The translations under genes were made by a program, and so were the position numbers. Shown here in pieces: positions 28,577-40,112 of a stretch of DNA of 64,000 bases (within the stretch, counting starts at the first letter, position 1; every line of letters starts with the position of its first letter). The stretch is from positions 174,498-238,497 of the forward strand of contig NIVC01001777.1 in assembly GCA_002269645.1 (NCBI GenBank), read 5' to 3'. The notes under the pieces are model-generated. The model saw only the letters and a program-made list of their open reading frames with translations. It searched no databases and was not told the origin of the DNA. This stretch comes from Macrostomum lignano. Lineage: Eukaryota.

Positions 28577-29636
28577 AGCAGTTTGTGTAGCGGTAGCACT
28601 TCTAAACAGACCGTTGGTTAAATTCGTTGTGGTCTTGGCCTTTATATTTTTCTCAAAAATAGTAATAGAATTACAGAGGATATAACAATATGGGCACTGG
28701 CGGCTGCAACAATGAGTTTATGCTAAGATGAGTAGGCGACGGCGGATGGCGATGAGGCAATAACGGTGAGCAGCGGTCGTGAGTAGCCAGAAGTGGCGGA
28801 GAGTGGCGCTAGCCGTAGTAGAAGTACAAGTGGAATACGGTGTGTAACAGGCTGGCACAGACAGAGGAGCCGTGGCGAGAGATAGGGAGGCTCGAGGCAG
28901 CCAGGAGAGAGAGAAGGAAAACGAGAGCCGCGAAGTGAGGAGGCCCCCAGCCCGCTGCCAGGCGGGGGTTAATAAAGAGCGCAAAAGGGGGTAGCATAAA
29001 ACACGGGGGGTTTTCATTGGCTGGCAAGAGAATTTGAAATTATCGATCGTGCTAAAATTTACACACAAACGCAAGGCCTACCACCCAGAGGGAAATTTTG
29101 GGTACGCCTAAGGGTACCCCGACGGCGGCGCCTTTAGTCGGGCGGAGTCCGCCAGGGCGACTGGCTGTCCAGGCGAAGCGGAGTACATCTGCACTGCGCT
29201 TGGGCGCCGGTAGAGAAGTTTTTTTTCTACTACTAGTAGAATGTTAAGCGCATGCATCCTAGAAATTAAATCCAAATTTGCACGGGCAAATTTGCACCTA
29301 CTGCACGCGGGCAGCACGGGCTTCTAGCTTCGTAGCAGCTCGTCTGCTTACTAGCTTAATAATGGCTTAATTCTATTATGATTTTCAACGAAGTCCTGAG
29401 GTTTTGGCTCGTGTATTGTTCGATATACGATACGAGCGTATTGGCAAATATACTTAATTTTGTTTGTGCTTATAAACCGTTTAACAAAATTCAGCATTTC
29501 ATGGTATTGTTGTTATACAATGCTTAGAGATTAACATATTTACTTGTCTTCCATTGAAGTACTCAGAAGAGAGAAGACAATAAAGATGAATATGAGCGTA
29601 AAAAAGCAAAGATACGGAAAATCAGTTTTCGTTTCT

Positions 29637-32600
29637 TCAAAAACAATCATCATTGCTCGAACTTGAGTCGCAATGCTCCATATTGGTGTCCGAAAGCTCG
29701 GAGTCGCTGGATTGCAGCCGAACCACTTTCATGCGTCGCTTAAATGCTCCAACGTCACTCCTGCGCTTACGAGCAACTCGACTTGAAGTGAGAGCTTGAC
29801 AGTCAAAGGCCGTGGCTGCAGTCGCAGTGACTTGCCGCTGCCGAGCACCAGAAGGCGTTGCAGCTGGGGCTTGGCATGGAGAGGCCGTGGCTGCAGTCGC
29901 AGTGACTTGCCGCTGCCGAGCACCAGGAGGCGTTGCATCAGAATGGGTGCGGCTAATAATTGATGCAACCGCCGGATTGATTGGCGTTAAGGCATCGGGA
30001 GCTGCTGCAGTGGATTTGCGGTGCAATCGCTTCTTTAGCCGATCGCTTCCACGCTTGAGCTGCTCACGACAAGCTTCTGCAACTGCTTTGACCGAAGGCC
30101 TGCCGGTGTCCTCGGTTCTGCCGAATAGCTTGGTCATCGCCTCTGTCAAAAAATAAATTGCATGGATTTTAGGTATAGTTAAATGAGTAAAAAGTATAAA
30201 TGTGCTACTCATGATCAGAACTGATAGTAGTGCTTATAGCATTTATTTCTTTTCTCTGGTTTCGTTTCGTTTGATGTGTATATATCAAAAAGCTTACATT
30301 TATATGTTCTTTCGCTATCATAATTTTTTATGTAATGTATACAGCGGGCAGCCAGGATCGTTGGCCCTTCCGTCAAGGTGCCCTATAAGTATAACCTTAG
30401 CACCCGCCGGGTCACTGGTGGACTTGCCTTTGCACATAAACTTCTCCTAGGTCGTGGCTCCGAAGAGCTTAAACTTCTCCTTCCATCTCTTATCCAGAAG
30501 TCTAGCTATGGCTTTCGTTCAAATAACTGCCTGTATGAATTCACCTTAAAAATTCCCTTCTATGGAACAGAAGTTCGAAAACGGTCCTTCTCCACAGTAC
30601 ACTGAGATATGGAATTTACTGCCAGCAAGTCAGCAACCCTAGCAGACCCTGGCCTCGGCGCAAAATAGTTCAAGAGCCAGATCTCCCAGAAGCCACTATG
30701 CAAGGACTCCTAAACCTAAGCATCGGTTTAGGAGTCCTGGAGTCCTAAGCATTTAGGAGATGCTTAGGTTTAGGAGTCCTTGTACTATGAGCACCACAGA
30801 GTCCTCCCACCATCTCAATTGCCTTCCACCTCTCTTCCTTCAACATTTCTTTTGTCATTCTTATCTCTCTCTTCATCAGTTTCTCTGTAGCCATGGGGAA
30901 CCCTTGTGGTATATTCGTCTCTGACCACTGACCAGTGACCAGTCTTATGGTGAGCTTAGTATAATAATAACAATGATTATTATTGTTATTTCTTTATATA
31001 TTCTCTAACTGGCTCGCAAACTTTTAAGAATCAAACCAGTTGTGATTGTGCGTCAATGATAAACTTCCGATTTAATAGTCTATGTGTCTATGTGAAAAAT
31101 ATGATGCCTACCTTGAATATAAGGCAGAAAAGCCATCTTAAATCCGAGGTCATCAATTGATAGTTGCGTTGAAACTCCTGCTTTGAGGGCTCGCTCACGC
31201 ATATCCGTCCCCTTGAAGTTGACCACAGCCTGCATCCGAAGCGATAGGATGTTGTCCAACATATCACGGACCGAGTCTTGCCACTTAACTCGTCGGAAGA
31301 GCCTGAGGTGAGTCCTCAGCTGTTGAACAGAAAATGCGAACATCATCGTCGGTGGAGAGTCTTAAACCCTTGCCACATTAAGCGCAAATAAAATTACATT
31401 ATGTAAACTCACCGCTGAAAGTCGTTGTTCCGACGCTTCAACAAAGTCAATGTAATCATCCCAAGAATCGATTACTTCAAAGCCAGACACTTGAGGTGTT
31501 TCAGCCTGAGGATGCAAGATGGATGACATTTGATGCATCGCAGCGCGAAGTCCGGTTACGTCTTTCTGCAAGGCCTCCACCTTGGCCTCAAGCCGAATGC
31601 TTGTTACAGTGTACTCGCGAAGGAGGCTGAGCTGCACAAACAAAAGTCCCTCGGAGCTATCAAGTTGGAAGTCGACATTATCCTGAATCTGCTGTTTCAA
31701 TTTTCTTATATATTCCGGGCCGAATCTTGCTGATGCAAGCACTGGAAGATTTGGAGTCGCAGGAGTTGCTGTTGCTGATTCAATCACTGCAACTCGTTGT
31801 CTAGGCCTTGGCTTTGGCATGGTGGAGGCAATTAGATCAACGGCAGAATCTCCTAGAGCCGCCACTGTCACCGTGTCAGCTACTCCATCCGTCTCCGCCT
31901 CCAGCGCAGCATCCGATTCATCAGCAGTCGCTTCCGCCGCTGCAGCATCCGCGTCATCTACCGCCGCCTCCGCCGCTGCAGCATCCGCTTCGTCTGCAGC
32001 CGCCTCCGCCGATGCGGCATCCGCTTCGTCTGCTGCCGCCTCCGCCGCTACGGCATCCGCTTCGTCTGCTGCCGCCTCCGCCGCTACGGCATCCGCTTCG
32101 TCTGCTGCCGCCTCCGCCGCTGCAGCATCCGCTTCATCTGCAGCCGCCTCCGCCGCTTCAGCATCCGCCTCGTGTTCTGTTGCATCAGTCGCAGTGGCTT
32201 CCTGCTCCTCAGTCTCTGGCTCGGAGTCGGGAAGTGGCAGTAACTGAGCGACAGTTTCTGGAGCGTCATGCGTCAGAAGAAGCGCAGCATTCCTCGCAAA
32301 GTTCGTCCCTCGCTCTCTGTCGGAGAAGAACGTTTCGGTATCAGATGCTGAGCCTTGTGACAGGTTCTGAAAGAGTAGGTTTAGGATAGATATGTAGGTA
32401 AAGTCAATCATCAATCCTTTTCAAAACTTTTTTTCCGACCTCAATTTTCTAACTTTTCCTCCGTCCTCTAACCTCCCCCTAAGCCTGATTGGCATTTTAA
32501 TTCTTCAATCCTCAAGCCTAAATGCCATTGCTTGCAGTTCAAACTTACACCTGTTTGATAATTTCGACGGGCCTGCTTCGCGTCAGATGAGGAGAAAACT

Positions 32601-33012
32601 CGCGGCTTGACCAGCTGCATTATGCTACGCAGACGTAGCTTCTTAGCAATAAGAGTGCGTACAAACAAGAAGCTGCCTGGCTGCATTGTATCGTCCAGGA
32701 TGACCTGTTGTAAAAAGCGGTAGAATTGAAATATCCCAACTTCCGAGGATCAAGACGCAGTAATTATAGAATTGAATGCATATACATGTAAAGAGTGGAG
32801 CAAAAATACGAGTAGCAAAAACTCACCTGAACAATAACTGCTGGGTAATATGTACCATCATATAGTGCCTCGCACATCCATGTCTCATCGGAATCTCTCA
32901 TTTTCAACCATTCGGCTTCAGAGAGGGCCTCCAGATTCGGTGACAGCCTTACGTTCTCTCTCGGCGCCTCAATAACTTGTCTGTCCGCTTTAAAAATAAC
33001 AAGGAACTTCAT
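29637..33012 (-). CDS. Transposon accessory protein, ~669 aa, 5 exons; putative DUF4806/BEN-like C-terminal region and acidic Ala-rich repeat
   Basis: Exons 32827-33012, 32549-32704, 31413-32366, 31112-31319 and 29637-30142 are joined by GT-AG introns (phases 0,0,0,1) with no stop until 29637. The VVNFKGT and REQLKRGSDR segments resemble DUF4806-type proteins (recalled, not searched). Confidence 0.8.
30701..30782. mobile_element. 82-bp micro-MITE with perfect 24-bp TIRs (CAAGGACTCC...GGAGTCCTTG)
   Basis: Flanks are CACTATG and TACTATG (6/7 match to a 7-bp TSD); it lies in intron 4 of the accessory gene. Confidence 0.7.
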
Positions 33013-33582
33013 TTCCGAAAGATAAAAAATACTATTTTAATTTTCGTCAATGCCACAAGCCAATTCAAGTTTCGGGAAGGAAATTGTTTCCCTTATTATT
33101 TTTCTCCTCCATAAACTCTAGGAGTGAGCTAGTGACATTACAGGCGCAATCCCATTGGTCCGCCCCTCTTCCCACTGCTAGCGCCGCCCAATTCTCCCTC
33201 TCTATCTTGCTGATTAATGAGATATTTTAGAAATACAAACTGTAATAAAAATATAGAAAGAAAGGAAAAAGCAAGACAGAAGGCTATAATTCCTGATGCA
33301 TCCTGATTCCTGATTACATGTATATCCCTGATGCAGACCGGATAGCGGATAATCTCCCTCAGGTCAGTTCGAAGAACCCTCAAAGGCGAAGAGGAATTGG
33401 TGGAGCTTTGTGTGTAGAAAGAAGAATGCGAACTATATCATGGATTTCTCTGTTCGATATGTGTCTCACAGATGTCAAATAAGAAAAAGACAGAAAGAAT
33501 CAAGAGTTTGAACCTTGGTTCGGTGCGTATAAAGATTCGAAGCCCCATCTTTGTCAGAAAATTCTGTTGCTCAGGGTGCGCC

Positions 33583-33867
33583 GGGGGCGTTTCACATTCT
33601 CGAAATATCATATCATCGAAATTTCACAACGCCTAAAATTCTGCACTGTTCTTTCACATCCTCGAAATTTCACATTCTCGAAACTTCACATCCTCGAAAT
33701 ATCACTTCCACGAAATTTCATAACGTCGAAAGAAGTTAGACGTGATATTCCGAGGATGTGAAAGATGGCTTCTTTCGACGTTATGAAATTTCGAGGTTGT
33801 GAAATTTCGAGAATGTGAAGTTTTTGGCTTTCTACGTTGTGAAATTTCGAGGAAGTGATAGCTGCCC
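33583..33867. mobile_element. 285-bp foldback/MULE-like MITE with internal TCGAAATTTCAC repeats
   Basis: Perfect 9-bp TSD GGGTGCGCC at 33574-33582 and 33868-33876; GGG...CCC ends; the two halves carry the repeats in inverted orientation. Confidence 0.88.
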
Positions 33868-33877
33868 GGGTGCGCCC

Positions 33878-34085
33878 ACAGACCATATAGTAAATAGACT
33901 GCGCATATAGCTAGGCCGGCATGAGCGTGCAGAGCGTGAGAAAAACACAAAGCAAAAAATGTTACTCCACGGATCGATAGTGGGGAAGCACCTACCTCCC
34001 CTACCCACATTTACATATATATATAAAAATTATACGCATTATATTTAATTTCTACCCTGTGCCAGTCTTTTTACTATATGGTCTG
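33878..34085. mobile_element. ~207-bp MITE with 16-bp TIR CAGACCATATAGTAAA
   Basis: Perfect TIR; degenerate flanks GGGTGCGCCC / GGGTTCACCC. Confidence 0.7.
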
Positions 34086-34589
34086 GGTTCACCCCTCATT
34101 TTGTTCTGATTGAATGCACAAACACAATTCAGCATTCTTGCCCAACTCCCAATTAAAGCACGAGGCTTCACAATGGGCTTGAGAGGTTCCGCAAAGACCA
34201 AAGACCAAAAACGGCACATGAGGCACAACGGAATGAATAGTCTGTATAGCATATGTACAGCACCTAAAAATCGAAAAAAGCCTGGGACGCAGACAGGGAA
34301 GCAAACAGTCACACAGGCCCTTTTGCTCATTGCTCTGGCTCTTTGCTCTTTGCTGCTCTTTGTCTTCACATCACACTAAAAAGCCCTTTACCTAGTCCTA
34401 GCTAGAAGGCATTTTGCTTGTGGGGCCTGTCTTCTAAGCAAAATAGAAGAAGGTTGGGGCAGGGACTCCTGAAGCTAACATTCCTAACAACCTTGGCTTG
34501 GCTTGCTTTACTAGTCCCGACTCCCGACTCCCTGGGTGGGGCCAGCAAATTTCCTAATTTTATTGCACAAACTATACCCAAAGAAGCAT

Positions 34590-34870
34590 TGCGAATTGGA
34601 CTGCTAATCGGCCTGTGGATATCTCAGAAACTAAAAGTCACGCGGCGATAGGTCCTTCTCTGCTTGATGGAGCTCGGCATGCCCAATGACTGTGTAAAAA
34701 TTCAGAACTGTGGGATTATCTCAGGCCTCACAAATCGAAGTGGGCTTTTCAGACTTTCCCCATTTCAAAGCATTGCAAATTGGGCAGCTAATCGGCCTGT
34801 GGATATCTCAGAAACTAAAGTCACGCGGCGATAGGTCCTTCTCTGCTTGATATAGCTCGCATGCCTAATC
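34590..34870 (+). repeat. Two copies of a ~180-bp repeat (…GGATATCTCAGAAACTAAAAGTCAC…)
   Basis: Diverged inverted counterpart of the array at 40113-40870. Confidence 0.75.
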
Positions 34871-36108
34871 TTCCCGTGGACCCCACTGAATTTGTTTTGT
34901 TCACAATTTATCACTCCATTGTTTGCTGAAATTTGGTGTGGTCTCCACGCGACGTATAGGTTTCCATTGGGTACTGTTTCATTCTAAACAAGCATTAGAA
35001 CTGTTTAGCACTTTACAAATGAAAGAAATGTACGCTGAGTACGTGCAAGTTTGCAACATACTGATTATGTGCATGTACAAGCTACATACAGGTTTGCAGT
35101 CTGGCTGGCTCCAATTAATTCATGGTTTGGAGTCCTGGACCAAAGCCCAAAACACGATGAGTTGAGGCCCGCTACGCCGCTAGGGCACCCGTTTTCGCGT
35201 GAGCTGGGGCCCTCTAGGCCAGGGCCCGACCGATGGCGTGATAAGTAGGGGTAAGGTAAAAATTGTCCACATGCTTGCACACTTTGCTCTCATAAAAGAC
35301 TGCCAGAAGTATACTGTACACTGACAGCATAAAGAATTCTTGCAAAGCAAGTGTTGTCCCATAAAAAATGTACACTCACTCGTCCCTCCTTCCCTCCCCC
35401 GGGGTCCGACCAGAAGAGACCATACTGTTGTGTTCACAGGGAGTTGCAAATTCCCTGCGGGTCCCCATTATCTATGATTCTATGGGGTCCCCGCGTGGTG
35501 GCGCAAGGGACGTGAGGTTGCTGCTTCCCTCCCCTCAGCTCAAGGACAATGATCAATAAATCTTTAAACGGAGAAGCTTGCGATAGACTTGCAATAACAA
35601 AGCTGATGAACCCCTGTTTGCTTGCAAACATATAATCCACTTGCTGAGTGGACAGAATAGAAAAAACTAGATAATTCCCTCACGCTTCAATGCATGGGTT
35701 TTCATCAAGGATTTCTATACAAACCAAGCCAGCAAGTATATTTTTGCAACACACAGAAAGTAAAGCTAGCTTGTAATTGTAACTCTCCAACAGGCAACCC
35801 AATGCTCAGAGCCAGCTAGGCCATTATTAATATCAATGCTTCTATTCCAACACTAATAGAAAAGCGAGCAGCGAGCCTCGGTATTGATCACCCTCTTTGT
35901 CCATAAATGAATGTACAAAATAATGAATACATGCACAAAGCCATCTAACAACAATATATTTTAATTTTACCCATTGCATGAACAAAATGAAAGAATATAA
36001 AGAATGCAAGACAAACCAGCGCAAGGAAAATATACAAAGAGGACCCTCCCGGAGAAGGGACATTTCGTAAAGCATTTCCTGTTAGAGTGAAAGCTTCGTA
36101 GGTCTGGC

Positions 36109-36136
36109 CAAGGAGTTCTACATTTAGAACTCCTTG
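36109..36136. mobile_element. 28-bp hairpin insertion CAAGGAGTTCTA-CATT-TAGAACTCCTTG
   Basis: Perfect 12-bp IR flanked by a perfect 7-bp direct repeat GTCTGGC (36102-36108, 36137-36143). Confidence 0.7.
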
Positions 36137-36258
36137 GTCTGGCCCAGAAAGCAACACGGCAATCGAAGTTAGGCATGGCAACATTAAATCACTTCACTTT
36201 TGTCAATCTGTCATGGTGGTAATGGTGGTACGGTTTCTTTGGGGGGGGGGGTTATTCA

Positions 36259-36281
36259 ACAGACCATATAGAATGGTCTGT
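36259..36281. mobile_element. 23-bp hairpin insertion ACAGACCAT-ATAGA-ATGGTCTGT
   Basis: Perfect 9-bp IR flanked by a perfect 10-bp direct repeat GGGTTATTCA; its terminus matches the 33878 MITE. Confidence 0.7.
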
Positions 36282-37773
36282 GGGTTATTCAGCGCCCCGC
36301 TTCCAGTCCCGGACTTAGGGGTCCTTGGATTACTTGGACTGTGAGAAATCGAGACACTTCATGAAACGTAGAAAAAAATAGAATAAAGATCGGTTCCTCC
36401 ATATCTCCTCGTCAACACAGCAAGATAGGCAAGATAAGGGTATTTGCTTTGTGTCTAAAAGTTGGGGTCCATATTGAAGCCAAAAGCTTCGGGACCATCC
36501 ATATATACCCATATAGCAGAGCACTGGCTCTTAGCCTCTTAGCAATTTAGCAACTGCTTTTGCAAACCCGCAATTACTCCCGCAAGACAGAAAGCAACCC
36601 CGCAGAGACGGGAGTGAAACGAGAACACGGAAGACAAAGACAAACATATAATTGTAATGTTCCAATCCAACAAAAAGTAAGACACCATTAATTTAGACAA
36701 GGAGTACGTTCGTTAAAGCGAAATTTTGCTTTCTAGGCCACCTCTCGTTCGATGCTTTCTATCGGAAGCATGTGGCCACTGGCCAGCCAAGGAATTCTCT
36801 ATACTATACCCATCTGCTATTCTATGAATGGCCTGCGGCCCGGGTCCGGCTAGTTTCACTTCCAGGTATAAAGGATTCCAATTTCCTTGGGCCAGTCAAG
36901 GACCCCTAAAGCTAGGAGCCTAGGACCCTTAATGCTAGTTTTATTTTGGGGTCCTCGTGCAATTTTATCACGACACATGAAGCGACACGACAGAAAATCC
37001 CGCAGGAAGTGGTGACTGGGGAATTTTACATTATTGAGTCTCCCCAGTCCCCATTACAAGGGACGGTAGAGTAGTAGGTAGATCCATGCAGGAAGTTGTG
37101 GCGGTGGGCGGACTAAGGTTGAGGTGTTCGTGTTGGACATGTGAAGGCTGCATGGAAGTCCAGATTCAAAGGAAAATGTTTTTAATTTCGATTCACTATT
37201 TTCGCGCATACGCACTCTCCAAAATCAATAGTCCAGCTTCCCTCTGTAGGCCAGAAATTGTCTAACAGGATGAAGCCTTGATAAATGAGTAGTCAGGCAG
37301 AGTAGCAACGACAAATCCTTGGCGTCGGTCGACATCGATAAGCATAGCATAGCAGGTCATAGCAGGTCAGGATAGCATATGGCCATGGCCATGCCGGTAG
37401 AGTCCCTGCAGCATGTCGTACACTGGCTCAAACAGTGGCTCTCCGCTGAGATGATTGGCCGGCCAGCTGCAGACGCAAAGGAATTGCAACTTGCAAGGGC
37501 CTAAAAGAATGTAAGCATCATTACAAATAGAGATTCTGTGATTTAGTAAGAATAGTTATATTGATAATAACTCAGTCTTATCATAGTTAAGTTGAACAAA
37601 ATCAGAAGACGTGTATCGATTTGCAAATGTCAGATCGAATGGTGCAAGTTCTATGAAAATCTGTTTTTGAGTCGTTTTCTCTGTAATCGACTGTGCATAA
37701 AGACATGCAGACAGAACATTCCAATTTTAGTATAGTGGATAGAAGAAGATTTTGAATAGCTAAATAGACTCAC

Positions 37774-39729
37774 CTAGCAGTCACCACCAGCTAGTGGAAC
37801 CACGTAGTATGTGACATTCTGGCCATCATGAGGGAGCAACCAGCATTTCCGCTGAGGCTTGCCAGTTAGGACGACTTCCGTGAGACGATAAATTCCAATT
37901 CCAATTTTCATTGAGCTGTACGGATATGAATAGACCTCCCTTTCAGGCAGCAAAACTCGGCCTGATGCTTCTCCGCTTTCACTGAAGCCCTCAATTAGAA
38001 TGCAGGAGTTGTTTATGAAGCAACAGTTCTCTCCAAATTTACAGCTGTACTTTAGTGGCTTGACGGGCGCAAATTGCGTGAGCGTGATGTTCCGCACGTA
38101 CAGAACTTGTTTCACAGCATGAGCAGCGGCATGTCTGGTCACTTTCATGCGACGCTTAATGGAGCCCAGATAGTTTTCAAAAGGGAAAGTAGAAAAGTTG
38201 TTGACACTCCCATACCTGCGAACAAATTGATCAATATGCAGTAACGCGTGAAAATTATAACTAATTGACGCCTGGCCAAACAATTGAGCGGATCGTTCAA
38301 CAAAGACTTCCAGACAGCTCTTTGCTTGGTCGAAGTATTTCGCATGCCTCTCACTGGAGTAGATGTACATGGCAAAATGCAGCAACATGAAATGATCATA
38401 CAATGCGTCCTTCAAGTATCCTCTAAAGAATACAGGAGCAAGATATAGCAGATACTGCCTGTACTCGGATGCCTTTAGAAATTTCAGATCAGAGTCGAGC
38501 CTTCTGGGTCTTCTTTGAAAATTGGACGGAGTCCATGGAGCTGCAGCTGCAATTCTGTCCGACAAACGAGTGATGCACGCTGGCAGAATTTTGCTTTTCC
38601 GTCCACCGTCCTTGCTGAAGTAGTAGAAAAACAATTTTCTCACAATTCCTAAGCAAGCTGCATGCTGGAATTCCACAGGGAAGGACCAAACAAAGTCAAC
38701 ATTTGGCAATAACAAAAGAGGCGATAACTTTCTCTTCTTTTGATTCGACTCCTTCCCAGCGCGATATTCTTCTCCGCACCTACTTTCGCCGACCGAAGTA
38801 GAATATGTCACTCTGTTGCTGACATACTGTCCGATGGCTCGGCAATAAGTGCATCCAGTATAAGCTGTGTGCCCCGCGACGCTGCAGATGTAGGCCCTTG
38901 CTGGCGTATCACACACAAATTTGATTGATGAGAACATGACGCTGACTGCATCAGCAATTTTGACTGGACCCGACAGAAATCGAGTGGCTTCATGGCAAAA
39001 TTTTCGAAGAAAGTCTTCAAGTGCCGGCTTTCCTTTTCCAGCATAAACAGCCACCGGAAATGGTCTCGCAAAAGTCTCCGGTATTAGCATGAGGATAGGC
39101 CATAGACCAAAATTACTCGATCGATACAGCGGTAATCCATCCGTGTTCAGAAGGGCAGAGAATGAGTAGAAAGTTGATTCCTCTGTTGATCGCATACTGT
39201 CCGGCCTAAGGTTTAGCTGGCCCTTGCTGTGCAGCAGTTGTAAATTGTCAAGAATCGAGATGTAATGAAAGTAGCCGTCACCCATTTCTTCAAGCGAAGC
39301 ACTCTTCTTACCACCTTTCAAAATCTTGTCGATCATGTGCGGAGACTTCGGTGCAGGTAAGCCGATTTTGCGCAATCCAGTCAACAGAAATATCCTGCCA
39401 TTGCGTGAGACATTGTACAGCACAAAGAAGAGCGCCAACAAAGTTTCAAGCTTCTCGTCCAAGCTGCGATTGTCTTCTTCCCTCTCGTCTTCATCTTCAT
39501 CGCCGCTGTAGCTGGCGCTACTCACTGACTCAAGCTCGTCAAAAATCGGTTCGCCGTTGGGATCCACTTCCAGTGTCTCTGTGACTTGTTCCGGGACAGC
39601 TTGCTGCGGCATTGCTTCATCAGTCATCAGCTCATCCTCACCATCAACTGGCAGGTCGGCTGCCCCCGTGTCTTCAAGAAGCAAGTTCATCAGATACTTG
39701 CTGGCTTGCCGTCTCACATTCCGAGACAT
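37774..39729 (-). CDS. EnSpm/CACTA-type DDE transposase, intronless, apparently intact (~651 aa from MSRNV)
   Basis: Motifs NTDGLPLYRSS..LWPIL, YAGKGKP, FVCDTPARAYI, GHTAYTGCTYC, PSNFQRRPR, KASEYRQYLLY and STFPFENYLG; uninterrupted frame. Confidence 0.92.
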   Translation of the reverse strand: MSRNVRRQASKYLMNLLLEDTGAADLPVDGEDELMTDEAMPQQAVPEQVTETLEVDPNGEPIFDELESVSSASYSGDEDEDEREEDNRSLDEKLETLLALFFVLYNVSRNGRIFLLTGLRKIGLPAPKSPHMIDKILKGGKKSASLEEMGDGYFHYISILDNLQLLHSKGQLNLRPDSMRSTEESTFYSFSALLNTDGLPLYRSSNFGLWPILMLIPETFARPFPVAVYAGKGKPALEDFLRKFCHEATRFLSGPVKIADAVSVMFSSIKFVCDTPARAYICSVAGHTAYTGCTYCRAIGQYVSNRVTYSTSVGESRCGEEYRAGKESNQKKRKLSPLLLLPNVDFVWSFPVEFQHAACLGIVRKLFFYYFSKDGGRKSKILPACITRLSDRIAAAAPWTPSNFQRRPRRLDSDLKFLKASEYRQYLLYLAPVFFRGYLKDALYDHFMLLHFAMYIYSSERHAKYFDQAKSCLEVFVERSAQLFGQASISYNFHALLHIDQFVRRYGSVNNFSTFPFENYLGSIKRRMKVTRHAAAHAVKQVLYVRNITLTQFAPVKPLKYSCKFGENCCFINNSCILIEGFSESGEASGRVLLPEREVYSYPYSSMKIGIGIYRLTEVVLTGKPQRKCWLLPHDGQNVTYYVVPLAGGDC

Positions 39730-40112
39730 CTCTGCTTTAAAAGCGATCAATTAGGTAAGTTGTAAATTTGAAAGCAATTAGCATTCGTTGGTGTTTTATC
39801 AATTTGGCTGAAAAAGTCGGAAATGGGAATGGTGGGTTTGGGCTTTAGCAGGAAGGCAGCCAATGGGCATCTGGCAATGCAAATAACGAACCGCCGTAAT
39901 TGGTTCGGCGGTTCGGCGGTTGGCAGTAATTGGTTCCGCCCCGTATCGCTCATTTTCTCCCAGAATGCAGACACCGACTTCTTCATCAAATATTGAACAA
40001 TATTGAGCAAAGCGCGAATACCAGAAGGCCATTTTTTCAGTTCAAACAAAAGTAGCCGGGCGCAGTTTTGACCATCTTGGTCCCTGCTGCATAGATCATA
40101 ACATCATGGCGA

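Noticed and set aside
26877-28685. ANVGWQTS / PADVCQPT repeat ORFs on both strands
   Set aside because: These are translations of the 14-bp repeats in the foldback TIRs.
35945-36184. 79-aa ORF resembling a small membrane protein
   Set aside because: Part of it is the 28-bp hairpin insertion plus TSD, the hydrophobic end comes from T-rich sequence, and I see no recognisable homology.
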